DNA of 64,000 nucleotides from Vitrella brassicaformis CCMP3155 (taxonomy: Eukaryota > Protista > Chromerida), in assembly GCA_001179505.1 (NCBI GenBank), contig CDMY01000624.1, positions 1 to 64,000 of the forward strand. Direction: 5' to 3'. The notes beneath the pieces are model-generated. The model searched no databases. It had not been told where the DNA came from and saw nothing but the letters and a program-made list of their open reading frames with translations. Numbering within the stretch: position 1 is the stretch's first letter; every line of letters begins with the position of its first letter. Below are positions 1 through 11,800 of the stretch, piece after piece. The translations under genes and the position numbers were made by a program.

Positions 1-362
1 TGACCTGCAGCATCCACACGCAGAGCTCATATATGTGTGGATCTGTGCGCCCTCCCTCCCGCTTACGTACCGTTGCCTTCGTTGAAGCACTCGACTTTGT
101 CGAACGTCTTCCCCTTCTTCGCTGCCAGGTGCATGTTGAGGGCCATCCCCGAGAAGAATTTGTCGCTGAGGACGGCCGGCAGGCCCGCCCTAGCAGCCCC
201 CTGACGGAGCTCCCTCTCGACCCCCTTTGCCGTCTGGAGCACCGGCGCGTCCGCCGGCTCGTCGAAGAGCAGCGTCTTGTTGCCGCCGTGGTCGTTGTAG
301 TTTTCGATGTCATTTCCCGCTGACAGCACCACAGGCGCAAGAGTGTACGCACCGCCAGGCAT
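1..362 (-). CDS. Family A hypothetical protein, copy 1 (5' part; runs off the window start)
   Basis: ATG at 362 (MPGGAYTLAPVVLSAGND...FNEGNG). Exon 1 is 362-71, GTACGT...GCAG intron 70-5, exon 2 starts at 4. Near-identical reverse complement of 15084-15445. Confidence 0.75.
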
Positions 363-398
363 CGAGAGGCAAACGAGCAAAGCAATATCAACGGGGCT

Positions 399-425
399 GA
401 GTTTACAAAAATTCTGAGTAAACTC
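399..425. promoter_or_regulatory. Inverted repeat in the 76-nt gap between divergent A and B1 start codons
   Basis: GAGTTTAC-aaaaattctga-GTAAACTC, a perfect 8-bp stem with an 11-nt spacer. Related TTTAC/GTAAA pairs occur at 9482-9504 and 15021-15041. Confidence 0.45.
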
Positions 426-438
426 TGTGGCATCGAGA

Positions 439-1068
439 ATGAGTGACCGCAATCTCGCCAGGGTCAGCACCAGCAACCTCAATGGCCTGTTTGGGGTGTG
501 GGTCAACGAGGTGCAGGGCCTCGAGGCGTCTGTCGTGGGGGTGTGGCTGTCCAGGCAGAAGGACGGCTTCATCGGTCTTGTCGCCCCTCACCTCCGTGAT
601 GCCTTTGGCATCTTGTGGGACGATACGACCACCACATTGCTGAGTAAGCTGGAGCACAGCCATCGAGCGGAGGTGCGGGTCCAAGTTACCTCGTCGCAAG
701 GTACTGGAGAGAGAGCTGCAGGGGGAGCGGGGAGGCATCGAAGAGCCGCTTCGTTTGTGCATGCAGGGTCTGGCAGGGACGTGCTGTATGCCAGCGCCAT
801 TCGAGACCACTCGGGCGACTGGGACGTCAAGATAGCCGCAGCTGCACTGGCACCCATCCCGGGCTCAACCACCATCCCAGCCATGACGACGATGACCACC
901 ACGCACGAGGCCATCCTTTTCTACGAATCGTGCGAGACGCAGGTCCACAGGGAGGCGCACAGCACGCCCCTCTCTCCCGAGGAGATCCAGGCGTTCATGA
1001 CAACGGTGGCTGGCGGTGCTGCGCAAAATCAAGACGACGGGAATGACCTGGGGGAGACGGGGGAATAG
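439..1068 (+). CDS. Family B hypothetical protein, copy B1
   Basis: ORF 427-1068, first ATG 439 (MSDRNL...), probable in-frame intron 701-766 (GTACTG...ATGCAG). C-terminal DWDVKI...TTTHEAILFYESCETQVHRE...TPLSPEEIQAF matches B2 at 14220-14533. Confidence 0.7.
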   Translation: MSDRNLARVSTSNLNGLFGVWVNEVQGLEASVVGVWLSRQKDGFIGLVAPHLRDAFGILWDDTTTTLLSKLEHSHRAEVRVQVTSSQGTGERAAGGAGRHRRAASFVHAGSGRDVLYASAIRDHSGDWDVKIAAAALAPIPGSTTIPAMTTMTTTHEAILFYESCETQVHREAHSTPLSPEEIQAFMTTVAGGAAQNQDDGNDLGETGE

Positions 1069-1189
1069 ATGTCGTGTGTTTGGTTGTGATTTGCAAGTCA
1101 GCTCTTCAGACACATGTGACGGCGGATGATGCACGAGAAAGTTGGACCACACATACGTGAGGGCTGGGTGACAGCCCGCCGATTTTTTC

Positions 1190-1292
1190 ACGCCGACAAC
1201 GTCGGATGCGTGAGTGAGTGTGGCTGGTGGCAGTAGACTTGTTGGTTGCGATGCGTGGAAGACATGATTGGGTCAATGACTCATATTGAATC
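1190..1292. repeat. Non-coding element downstream of B1, inverted copy of about 13935-14035 (downstream of B2)
   Basis: Shadow ORFs 1106-1294(-) and 13924-14484(+) share ESLTQSCLPRIATNKSTATSHTHSRIRRCR, i.e. near-identical DNA in opposite orientation. Confidence 0.85.
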
Positions 1293-1792
1293 AATCACTT
1301 TTTCGCACGGACATTAGTCAGCACTAATAGTGAAGTGAACGGCGGCGCTGATAAAGACGCACACCCGAAGATGCTCCACCGTACATGTACGCGAGTACCC
1401 ACTCGTCATGCATCGATGCATGACAGACACAGCCAGGCACATTCACCCCTTCCCCGACATCCTCGTACCTACAGCAGGTCAGCTGCATGAAGTGACAGAC
1501 TCAGCCAGACGCGTGAAGACAGCTAGACGGATGAGCCGCCACATACACACACAAAAGCAGCAAACACACACGCGGAGAGTCATGACACAGGAGAGCACAT
1601 GTGTGGCACATGTCCCGCCACCCAGACAGGCAGACAGCCAACAGCGTCACTGACGACCACGCACGGTCACGTAAGACGACGGCTGCTCTGTCAAGGGCTC
1701 CATCCCATATGGCACGGCTCGACCTGCAGCAGGCACTGTGCTCATTGACGCATGTGTGGAATGCATGTGTATTGACGGGTTTCACCTGGGGT

Positions 1793-4700
1793 CTAGTTTA
1801 TGGCATTCGGGGGAGGTGACGCCGCTGCGGCCGATGCCGATGGCGTGGTAGTTGGCGCCGTCCCCGCTGCTGCTGCAGTCGGTGCATTCACTTGCGCCTG
1901 TTGCTGGTGGAGCCCATGCAGGAAGGGGTGGTGCCCATGCAGCTGCGCAATGGGCGGCCGTGCAGCGAACATAAAGAACGGCATCGAAAGGGCCAGTTGC
2001 GCCTGTTGCGGGTGAAATGGCATGGGTGTCATGAGTTGCGGAGCAGCCGACGACGGGAGCAGCATGGTTGGTGCGTTGGATGCCGTGGGTGCCATGAATG
2101 GCGGGGCAGCCGACGACGGGAGCAGCATGGTTGGTGCGTTGGGTGTGGTGGACCACCACTGCTGCGAAGGGGTGGGTTGGTGCGTTGGGGCGTCACCCGG
2201 GCCCTCTGAGTAGGGAAACGGCACAGGGCAAACAACGTCCTGTATGCAGCATTTGTGTATAGAGGGCTTGTGCACCCACCTGCTGCAGCATTAGAGAGGT
2301 CTGGGCTGGTAGCTTCTTGAGGGGGTGACTGGATGAATCCAAAGACGAAGCAGAGATAAGCAGAGGTGCCAAGGTGCAAGCTTTTGGATCAGTACCTGCC
2401 CCGGGATGGGGGGGCCCTGGCTTTGGTCATGGATCCCCACAAACCGCTCAGACGCTGCCAACCTATCGGTCAGTTCCGCCCGCGCCACACCCCATTGTGG
2501 CTGTGCGTTTTGCTGGAATCTCCTCATCATCGGCTCGGGCTTGACATGGGGCATCTGCATAGAGTCGTCAGCTGGCCTCTGTGTCCGGCGCCATCTCCTC
2601 ATCGTCGTCTCCACGTCGCTGAGTCGTGCACCAAGTGCACAGCGGAGGACGTCAATGCGGACACTCACGAAGGTCCCTTCCAACTCGACCCATGCCACAC
2701 TCGCACGACCGACAGCAACCAGAATGGCATCTGCACACACGCACAGACACAGAGAAATAATGCATGCACACCGACCGCCAGTTCCCTTCTCGTTACCTGT
2801 GTGGCCTCCACCGCTGTACACTTTGCTGTAGGTCGAGTGAGGGTTGCTGCAGGTCGAGCGAGCACCCCTCACTGCCTCTACGGTCTTCATCATGGTCTCC
2901 CTCATGCTGCTCGCCATGCCCGTCCAGAAGTCCTCAGTCAGGTGAGGGAGCTCCACACGGCTGAACTGGTTGACCAGCAGATTCTTCAAAGAGTCGAAGG
3001 GAAGCTTCTTGACATCGCACAGCTCCCACTGCAGCATTGCCGCTTGATGGTCCTCCCCGAAGCCCACGACCAGCCGATCGTCCGCCGGGCCGTACATCTT
3101 CACTTCCTCTTCTTTGCAGAAGAAAATCGGGTGAGCGTAGCCCAGGAGGCGAGCGGGCTCCCCCTCGCACCCCGACTGCTGCAAGACGCAGATGCGAAAG
3201 GCGCAAGGCACCCTCTCAGGGCCACGGCGCTTCGTCCTCTCGATGGGCGTGCTTCTCTCCTCCCGTCGCGTGAAGTGCATGTCCGACTCCCCCAGGTGCA
3301 AGATGACTGTCCGATCCGACCGCTTCACTGGCTTCACTGGTAGGTCGAAGCCGAGCTGAGCGCCATGTGGGACAACGCGTCCCGTGAGAAGCTCGTACCG
3401 CACTAGGATCCATGTGCCGGTGACGTCGGGCAGTGGCCGCTCAACCTCCAGCTGATGGCCGTTCTGCCCTCCCTGCAGAAAATAGCAGGCCGGGCTGGCG
3501 ACGGGGGTGGCAGCGAAAGGGACGTTGAGGACGTAGAGGATCTTGTCGCTGACATTCTGCAGCTGCTCTCCGACGATCTTCAGCAGCTGCGGCCGGTTCG
3601 CAACGGTGCGCAGCACCTGCATCACATACGTACACGCGGAACACCGCAATCAATCGATGGTGCCATTGTGATGTGGGCGAGTGCTTGCCTGGAAGTTCTG
3701 CTGGAGGAAGGCAAGCGTCGTGGTCTCGCCGTGCTCATATCCACTGGGTGATTGTGTTGCTGGTACAGCTGCACTGGACGCGCTGGCGCTCACTCGAGGC
3801 CTCTTTTGCGGCGGCTCGTTAGAGCTGCCCGCACCTTCGGCGGCATGCACCACCTGGCAAATGACAGACACACCACACAATACACACACACACACACACA
3901 CATATGCGTGACACCGGCACCGATCTCTGCAGTTTCCTTTCGTGCACGCAGCCACGCACCGGTTGTTCCTCCTCCTCTTCCTCGCCCCCTGGTCCCTCCT
4001 GCCCCTCCTCATGCTGCAGCTGGTGTGCTGCAGCAGCTGGCTGGTCAGCCGCCATGCCCACGTCCTCCGGGTCGTAGAGGAGATACTTGATATTCTGAAC
4101 AAAGACGCGGATGCATACGCACTCGTCATCACCACACGCGTATCTTCGAACCCTCTCTTGTACAAGCACTCACCTCCACACCGATGGAAAGCTTCTCGCC
4201 GGTTTGCAGGTATCGCACTTTGACCTGAACGAGTAAAGAGCGTCTCTCTCTCTCCGTCTGTCTGTGTGAGTGCCGGTGCATGTATATATGCGGTATACCA
4301 GCCATCTATCGCGCTCGGGCTCTTCGAGCACCTCCACGTCGTAGAAGCCATCCTCCTCACCATCCTCCTCGCCATCCTCCTCGAAAAGAGACGTGACTGA
4401 CATTCTCATACCTGGTCCGCACCATCAGCACACACTCACTCACTCACTCACACATTCTCTCACACACACGGAGAGAGAGATTCTTCTGATATCTTGCCTT
4501 TTTTGACTGTCTCGACTCGAGGGGGCTCGCGACGGAGCGCGTGCTCCTGCGGTGAGACAAAGGCTGCTCTTTGGTACACATCTGCAGACAGGCGGCAGAG
4601 GCCAGCAAGAGTCCCACACTCACCCACACCAAGATGCAACGCTGCGTGATGCCTCTCACCGCTCGCGAACAGTGTGGCGGCAACCTGGATGCGCTGGATT

Positions 4701-4920
4701 GGAGTGTCCAGCTCCACGGTACACGTAGTGCCATCGGTGTTGACGACGGTCCCGTTCCACCAGCACCCGCAGATCACGTAAGCCGGAACTTTCTGTCCCT
4801 GCCATTTGGCGTCCGGCGGACGACTGAACGCCAGCGCACAAGCAGCACACGTGAGCCAGAATATGGTTCTGTGGGCTGCACCCACCAGAAGACTTGCACG
4901 CGGACTCCCTTGCTCAGCAT
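1793..4920 (-). CDS. Multi-exon hypothetical protein with N-terminal Agenet/Tudor-like segment, acidic stretch and low-complexity C-terminus
   Basis: Spliced N-terminus MLSKGVRVQVFC-RPP...GCWWNGTVVNTDGTTCTVELD resembles a Tudor/Agenet barrel. Long coding exon at about 2870-3620, stop at 1793, internal repeat NAPTMLLPSSAAP x2 at about 2030-2145. Confidence 0.55.
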
Positions 4921-5504
4921 GTGGCCTCCCTATTCGCTGCGTCGTGGGAAGCGAAGATCTCCCAAGGCAAGATCTTCAAGCTCGCACAGGAAGCTGCAAA
5001 GAGGCGCTGCTGCGAAGCTGTAAAGAGGTCCCCAGGGAAGCTTCCCCTTAATCCCCACATTGGAGTCACAACAGACAGTCGAAGATGCGCTGGGCCCTTG
5101 ACTAGGCTGCATACATAGATACGGCTGCCTTGCTGTGCCAGGCGTGCATTCACAGCTTCATCTCGTCAACACGTGGAAAAGCCGATGGCCGGCTCCCTCC
5201 GCTGCGGTAGAGGTGGATGGCAGAGGCGGATGCACTCTCTTCTCTCTTCCCCGCTGACCTCATGGGCAAGACTGTCGTTGCACAGCGGTTCAAACACTCT
5301 ATCACTCATCACCAGTCGTCGATGGGATAGCTGCTGAGTCACGGAGACCACCCAGACGGATAGAGGCATGAGAGTGTTGTGGAGCTAAGGGAGGAGCCGT
5401 GCTGTATCACCACAAACTCACAGATCGGGTGGGTGGCTGTGCGGGGAAACACACAAATGCACCGACACAACACACGAGTGTTTCTCTGCCTGCCTGCCTG
5501 CCTG

Positions 5505-5545
<41 letters not shown>

Positions 5546-5546
<1 letters not shown>

Positions 5547-6752
5547 CTACCATCCGTTTCGTGAGGGCGTCATGCCCTCATGGGAAGACGCCGAAAACAG
5601 AGAGGGTACCTACCGCACACAGACAACACACACACACTCTCATGGCCCCGTCATTGCCCTTCATCTGTGTGTGCAGGTGGCCGTTTGATCGTCAAAGTGC
5701 CCAAGGACATCACTGCGGCCATCTGGGAGGACATGGTCAGTCAGCGTTACAGTGAGACGGCCGGATGGCTTCTGTGCATGTGTGTGTGGGGGCGGCATTT
5801 GTAGGTGTTGGCGTTGATCGGTGAGCAGTTCCAGACGGAGGACCCCGACGAGATCTGCGGGGCCGTCATCTCTGTGCGCCGCGGGGTCAGCACAACAGCC
5901 AACCACCCGACACACAGACATACACACCTGCCTGGTGTGGTGTCTGTTTCCCATTGCTTCAGGAGGACTCGTTGTCTCTGTGGCACAAGAGCAGACGCCG
6001 GAAGTCCACGACCAACTCATGTGTGTGAGATACCCAAACACACACATGGGAAGGCATCTTGCTGTCTATGTCTGTCTGTGTCATCAGCGAGGCGTTGAAG
6101 CGCGTGCTTCGTCTGGGCGACAGCTTCGCCATCGACTGGCGAGAGCACTCCAAGTACTGTATGCACACCAAGCATAGGCACACGGGGAGCCCTCACACAT
6201 TCACATGTTTCTCCGCCCCTGCTCGCCTTCAGGTCTCTGGGTCTGGCCTCTGTCAAGGACAACCGCAGCCGCCCCACCCCCACGCCCCCCAAACACGGCG
6301 ACAATGAGCCCCCCATCCCGCCAGGCGGCATCGAGCTCCCGCCCAGAGACACACTCGACGACGACCGCCGAGCCCGCGACATGATGCGCGACAACAACAT
6401 CGGCGGACAGCGATATGGTGGCGGCGGGGGGCGGTTTCCACGCGGCGAGAGGGTGGGGGGCGGCTGGCGAGAGGGGGAGGGAGAGGGCAGACGCCCTCCC
6501 CCCGACCGCAAAGAGCCGCCCTTCAACCGTCCGAACCGCCTGGCCTCCTTCGACACCCACAATGAGGCCGAGCCGACGCCGCCCAGCTCGGCCAAACACG
6601 CCCTCGGGGCACCGCCCCCGCCACGCCCTGTTGGTCTTGGTGGTGGGTGGGGCAGGGGCAAGGTGCTGCGGCCTGGCGGGATTGGCCGTAGAGGGCCAGA
6701 GAGGGCGACAAGGGGGACCACAGAGACGAGGAGTGACCGAGTCAGTGAGTGA
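5546..6752 (+). CDS. eIF4E: eIF4E-family cap-binding protein (C-terminal two-thirds) with a long Pro/Arg/Gly-rich tail
   Basis: Exons encode DYHPFREGVMPSWEDAENREG / GRLIVKVPKDITAAIWEDM / VLALIGEQF...EICGAVISVRRG / EDSLSLWHK / EALKRVLRL...IDWREH, the canonical eIF4E motif order, with GT-AG introns. No clean 5' exons found. Confidence 0.85.
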
Positions 6753-7619
6753 TTTGAATGCTTCTTGGGTGGCTGTGTAAGGTAGCCGAGGGGAGGAGGG
6801 TTTCAATTGAATGGTTGCGGCGTCTGTTGTGTGGGCGGTTGCTGTGTTGGTGGCTGCTGCTGCATTCCGGGAACAGCTGCGATCGCCGTATGCCTCCACG
6901 TGTGTGGCGATTGAGGATGGACTTAGAACGTCGAAGCGGCCGGCGACACAGACAACTCGAGAAGCGGGCTTAGTAGCCCGCCAGACAGACAGGCTTAGAG
7001 GACTTCTGGTGTGTTTAACTAACGGCCGCTGGCGTGGCAGGAGTGCGTCTGTGTACATCGATCGGGATGTGGACTGACTGCATATGGCTGTCCATGGCAT
7101 TGATGAATCGCAGCATCTATGGCGCAAGTCGATCAGCGGTCCACACTCCACACGCACCACACATTCAAATCGTCAGGCAGGCAGGCATCCGTCCGTCCGT
7201 CCGTCCGTCCACTGATGCGACACTCATGAGGGACACACACTGACATGAAATGCCCACACACCCACGTGAACTCCCCTGACCCTCATGTGTGCCCCGCCCC
7301 GCCCCAGCCACCGGTCTGTGTCGTCACTGTCTCTCTCGACTTCACTGCCCCGCTGAGAAACTCCACCCCCTCCACACACACACACTCACACACGAACAGA
7401 GACACGAGTGGTCGGCACTAGAGGCTCCACGCTTCACGTGCAGCCTCTGATGCCGACAAACCCGCCACACACAACAGTCCTTCATGCAACCACACGCGAC
7501 ACAAACTGCCCAGATGTCATGCCACATAGTATCAGAAACTGCCTGCCCTCCTCCTGCTTTCCCCTTCTGTCTCACCCTCCCGTCAACACCCACACGCACA
7601 CACTTGACAGCCTCTGTCC

Positions 7620-7637
7620 TCACATGCGCTTGTGCCT
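7620..7637 (-). pseudogene. 3' remnant of another family A copy (...RHKRM*) abutting the gap
   Basis: Reverse complement AGGCACAAGCGCATGTGA is identical to the inferred last codons of the family A copies at 15962-15979 and 17447-17464. The rest would lie in the N gap. Confidence 0.55.
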
Positions 7638-7937
7638 NNNNNNNNNNNNNNNNNNNNNNNNNNNNNNNNNNNNNNNNNNNNNNNNNNNNNNNNNNNNNNN
7701 NNNNNNNNNNNNNNNNNNNNNNNNNNNNNNNNNNNNNNNNNNNNNNNNNNNNNNNNNNNNNNNNNNNNNNNNNNNNNNNNNNNNNNNNNNNNNNNNNNNN
7801 NNNNNNNNNNNNNNNNNNNNNNNNNNNNNNNNNNNNNNNNNNNNNNNNNNNNNNNNNNNNNNNNNNNNNNNNNNNNNNNNNNNNNNNNNNNNNNNNNNNN
7901 NNNNNNNNNNNNNNNNNNNNNNNNNNNNNNNNNNNNN
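7638..7937. other. Assembly gap (300 N)
   Basis: Run of N. Gaps of identical length occur at 16352-16651, 22075-22374, 27359-27658 and 34543-34842, so 300 is probably a placeholder size. Confidence 1.
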
Positions 7938-8694
7938 CGTTTCAATTGATTGGTTGCGGCGTCTGTTGTGTGGGGGGTTGGTGTGTTGGTGGCTGCTGCT
8001 GCATTCCGGGAACGGCGAGCATCGCCGCGTGCCTCCTCATGCACACGTGTGTGGCGATTTGAGGATGGACTTGGAACGTCGAAGCGGCCGGCGACACGGA
8101 CAACTCGAGTAGCGGGCTTAGTAGCCCGCCAGACAGACAGGCTTAGAGGACTTCTGGTGTGTTTAACCAACGACCGCTGGCGTGGCAGGAGTGCGTCTGT
8201 GTACATTGATTGGGATATTGGCTGACTGCATATGGCTGTCCATGGCATTGATGAATCGCAGCACCTATGGCGCAAGTCGATCAGCGGTCCACACTCCACA
8301 CGCACCACACATTCAAATCGTCAGGCAGGCATCCGTCCGTCCGTCCACTGATGCGACACTCATGAGGGACACACACTGACATGAAATGCCCACACACCCA
8401 CGTGAACTCCCCTGACCCTCATGTGTGCCCCGCCCCGCCCCAGCCACCGGTCTGTGTCGTCACTGTCTCTCTCGACTTCACTGCCCCGCTGAGAAACTCC
8501 ACCCCCTCCACACACACACACTCACACACGAACAGAGACACGAGTGGTCGGCACTAGAGGCTCCACGCTTCACGTGCAGCCTCTGATGCCGACAAACCCG
8601 CCACACACAACAGTCCTTCATGCAACCACACGCGACACAAACTGCCCAGATGTCATGCCTTCTGCCGGGAGGCGATGACCACAGGACTGCATTG

Positions 8695-9433
8695 TCACAC
8701 AGGCAGAGGATTCTCCGTCAGGTTGTCGAGGCCCGAGACCCTCAAGTACTCCTGCTGGTGTCGGGCCGTGATGAGGGCCAGATGGGCGGGCGGCACGGGA
8801 CTCGCGGGGTGCACCTCGTCGACATGGTGCACGTCTTCGTGGCGGTGGCCCCATCGCTGGCGCCAGAAGAGGATGGTCCGTCTAATGATTCGGGGCAGCA
8901 TGGATGGCTTGAGGACGTCGATGCGCACCACCACGTCGCACTGCCCATTGGCCGTCACGCAGAGCTTGTAGCGGGCGGCGGCACACACGGGCTGAGCGCC
9001 GCTCATCCAAGCCGACTGAAGTGTGTACACACACAGCCACGGGAAATACGCATCCAAGCCAGATGACCCAAAAGGTGTGTGTGTGTGTGCGCTGACCTTC
9101 TGCAGGCTCGACGACGTCCCATGTGTAGCTGGTGCCCTCGACCAGGGTGTATGGGACGATCTGGGTGAGGACGTCGGCACCGAAGACGGCAACGAGCTCC
9201 TGCGCCTTGAGCCCCTGGGTGACGATATGGGCGGTGATGTCGTTCAGCCATGCGCCAGGCAGCTGTGGGGCACCAGCCGTGTCGCCCAGCTGCTGCACGT
9301 TGAGCTTGACAGCCTCGAATGTGGAGGCGTTCACCAGCCATGCAGGCTGGCGGTACCAGAAGGTGCAGTCGATGGCCTTCGGGCCGTCTTCCTGAATTAC
9401 ATCCCAATGCAACTGGCGCGAACCCGACGGCAT
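8695..9433 (-). CDS. Divergent family A member (A'); possible frameshift or pseudogene
   Basis: MPSGSRQL start. Exon 2 GQCDVVVRIDVLKPSMLPRIIRRTILFWRQRWGHRHED...EYLRVSGLDNLTENPLPV aligns with family A GRIDAIIISYGITKRVVKTTTVTWHQR...GHRHEN...AYLALLNNSNLNAGPQLPV. The obvious intron 9096-9016 puts this block out of frame. Confidence 0.6.
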
Positions 9434-9547
9434 GGTGGTGTGCTGGTTGGTCTGCGCGCAACTGGTATCCACGCGAAAGAATTTACTGGTCACATGGCTG
9501 TAAACACGGCAGCCTTGACTTGCAACCAACCGCGACCTGTTTGAGTC

Positions 9548-9985
9548 ATGCACGCTCCCGATCTCAGCGGCGATGAACTTGTTCGCCTGTACAACTCCCC
9601 GGTGCTCTCCGTCCAGCTGGTCTCTCGCCCCAAGCACGGCATCGGCAACATCCGACTTCCCAAGGAGGTCATGCCGCCGCCCAGCACGTCTTCTGAGCCC
9701 GTCATCATCAACGCCCACGAGGCGGTGATCGTCACAACACCAATGGGAGAGTTCCTGATTGAGAAGGGCAGCGGCTACGGATCAGGAGGGGGCAACACCA
9801 TTGTCAAGAAGGTCCAGCATATGAACAAGGCGCAGTGGACATTTGGCGAGGTGAGGACCGACATCGCGGCTGGAGTGACGGTGGGGCAGCTGGTGCACCA
9901 GGGAGGCACCGAGTACCGCTTGTTCAGCAACAACTGCCAAGATGCAGCAGGACGGATCATGGAGCATGCGACGGGGAGCAAGTGA
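9548..9985 (+). CDS. Permuted papain-like (NlpC/P60 superfamily, LRAT/PPPDE-type) protein, intronless
   Basis: 145-aa ORF with His strand (AHEAVIV), LIEKG, and C-terminal YRLFSNNCQD resembling the Y-x-L-x-x-N-N-C catalytic-Cys motif of LRAT/PPPDE proteins, with His before Cys as in the permuted fold. Confidence 0.7.
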   Translation: MHAPDLSGDELVRLYNSPVLSVQLVSRPKHGIGNIRLPKEVMPPPSTSSEPVIINAHEAVIVTTPMGEFLIEKGSGYGSGGGNTIVKKVQHMNKAQWTFGEVRTDIAAGVTVGQLVHQGGTEYRLFSNNCQDAAGRIMEHATGSK

Positions 9986-10448
9986 AGGACGATGCGGAGA
10001 ATGAGTGTGTATGATGGACGTGTATGTGTTGCGTGTGTGCGAGACTCTCCTTTGTCAACAAGTGAGTTACGTACTAAATGATGGCCTCAAGTAGACAGAC
10101 ACTCAGATATGCATTTCTGTGCAAATCACATCATCAGCAACAAAGCATACCACTCAGCCCTCTCGCTTTCCCTCCCCCCACCGCAACACACACTCGCCGA
10201 CTACAATCGTCCGTCCAGCGATGCACGCATAGGCTGCCACCAAGAACTTTCCCGCGACCTTCCCGCTGGAAGGACGAGCCTGATCACACACGTGCACGTA
10301 GCGGTTGTCATCCCAGCTGGCCACACACAAACACACCACACATGATGACATCACACCGCACAAACGTCCCGCTGTCCCGTACCGGTACAGCAGATAGAAT
10401 ACTCGTCAAACTCGGGTGTTGTGTGGTGGACTGGCGGCATGTGCGTAC

Positions 10449-11800
10449 CTCTTTTTTCCTTTTTGTTGATTTGTATGCGTCTGAAGCTCTCCTCCTCTAT
10501 CTGCTGCCTTTCCACCTGCCGCCTCATCAGCGCGGCCGCCTTGGCGTCACGACGCAAATCGGACCCGCCGACCTCCTCAGGCACCTGCAGCCAGACACAG
10601 ACACACAGACACACACATGAATAGGAGCACGTGTGTGTGTGTGTGTGTGTGTTTACGTCGGAGATTTCTTGTCTGAGTGAGCGGACGTATTCGGTCTTTT
10701 TGAGCCTCTCCCTCTGCCTGTCCGCCTCGCGATGCGCCTTGGCAGCTGCCGACAACTGAGACAAGACAGCCATGGCACATGGGAGGTCGACAATAGCCAA
10801 CCGCTGCATGCCGTGCTTTTGCTGTGTGTGCGCACTGCACGTACGTGGTCGCCCGTGTACTCGACAGCCAGTAGCTTCGGCGGCTTGTAGACGCCCTTGG
10901 CAGCCACCTCTCCCTCTCCCTCTCCCTTTTCCTCAGGGACTTCCCCTTCGCCCTCCTGCTCATCGCTCTGCTCCATTTGCTCTTCGTCGGCTTCATTTGG
11001 GTTCATCAGCTGGTCCAGCCGGGGCCTCAGCGGCTGCGCAGCCTCACTGGCCGCCTCTGACATACACACACACACGTGTGAGTGGACCGATTTCGTTGTT
11101 GCATGTGGGGTGGGTGCATTGTGTGTGGGTGAGTCGAGTCACCTTGGATTGGTTTAGCGGCCATGTCGAGCAGTCTGTTGACCTGGTAGGCCAGGCGCTG
11201 GTCGATGGGGCGCATCTTCTCCATCAGAGTGCGCAGCAGCACCAGCTCGTCGACCACGGGGTGGGGGCTGACCGACGCACCCTTCACCTGAACCACATCA
11301 ATCAGAACACACGTCTGTGTGTGTGTGCGTGATATGGATGGATGGCTGACCTTGAGCAGCGTGTAGTACGTGAGGTAGATGGTGTAGGTCAGCAACAGCT
11401 GCGCCTTGACGTCGAGATACGAGATGCCCTGACACACACACATGCACAGACACAGGAGGTGATATCTATCTGCCTCTGCCCCTGCCTCGCCATCCCTCTC
11501 CTCGCTCGCCCACCTTGTCCACATGAATGCTGGTCCCATCAATCGTCTCGTTGAGCGACTCAAGCTTCTTCCGCAGACTCTCAGCCTTCCCCTTCACAGC
11601 TCGCCAAGCGCACTCAACACATCCTCGTCAGCCACATCCTCACCATCCACACGCAGCAGCTCATCCCTGCTGCTGCCCTCACGTCGAGAGGAGTGGGATG
11701 TGCCATCTGGCGGGGCAGCGAAGCGGCGGAGCGCCTCATAGTCCACGAGCGGGTCCTCGACAGCATCTCTCTCGGTGTCCGCGTGATGATCTCCATTCAT
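10449..11800 (-). CDS. NGDN: Neuroguidin / Lcp5 (Sas10/Utp3/C1D family); 3' end unresolved
   Basis: GISYLDVKAQLLLTY...HPVVDELVLLRTLMEKMRPIDQRLAYQVNRLL, PLRPRLDQL, GVYKPPKL, VPEE and RQQIEEESFRRI are all characteristic of NGDN/Lcp5. Confidence 0.9.

Larger units (their letters stand above)
6797..8658. repeat. Tandem duplication of an approximately 720-bp non-coding unit (about 6797-7520 and 7938-8658) across a gap
   Basis: The two units read almost identically, with scattered substitutions at their left ends. 7248-7637 is also the reverse complement of 15962-16351 (family A 3' end and 3' flank). Confidence 0.9.

Noticed and set aside
2366-3343. Long antisense ORFs opposite real exons (also 26756-27676, 61850-62548 and many others)
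   Set aside because: Expected stop-poor shadows in GC-rich coding DNA, with no motifs of their own.
5960-6030. Apparent frameshift in eIF4E between EDSLSLWHK and QTPEVHDQL
   Set aside because: Using the GTGAGA donor at 6025 keeps one open frame (WHKSRRRKSTTNSCV/EALKRVL) with normal eIF4E spacing, so no frameshift is needed.
7095-7125. GCATTGATGAATCGCAGC resembling the 5.8S rRNA motif or a snoRNA C box
   Set aside because: Only a short partial match, with no flanking rRNA similarity or convincing terminal stem. An Infernal/Rfam scan would settle it.
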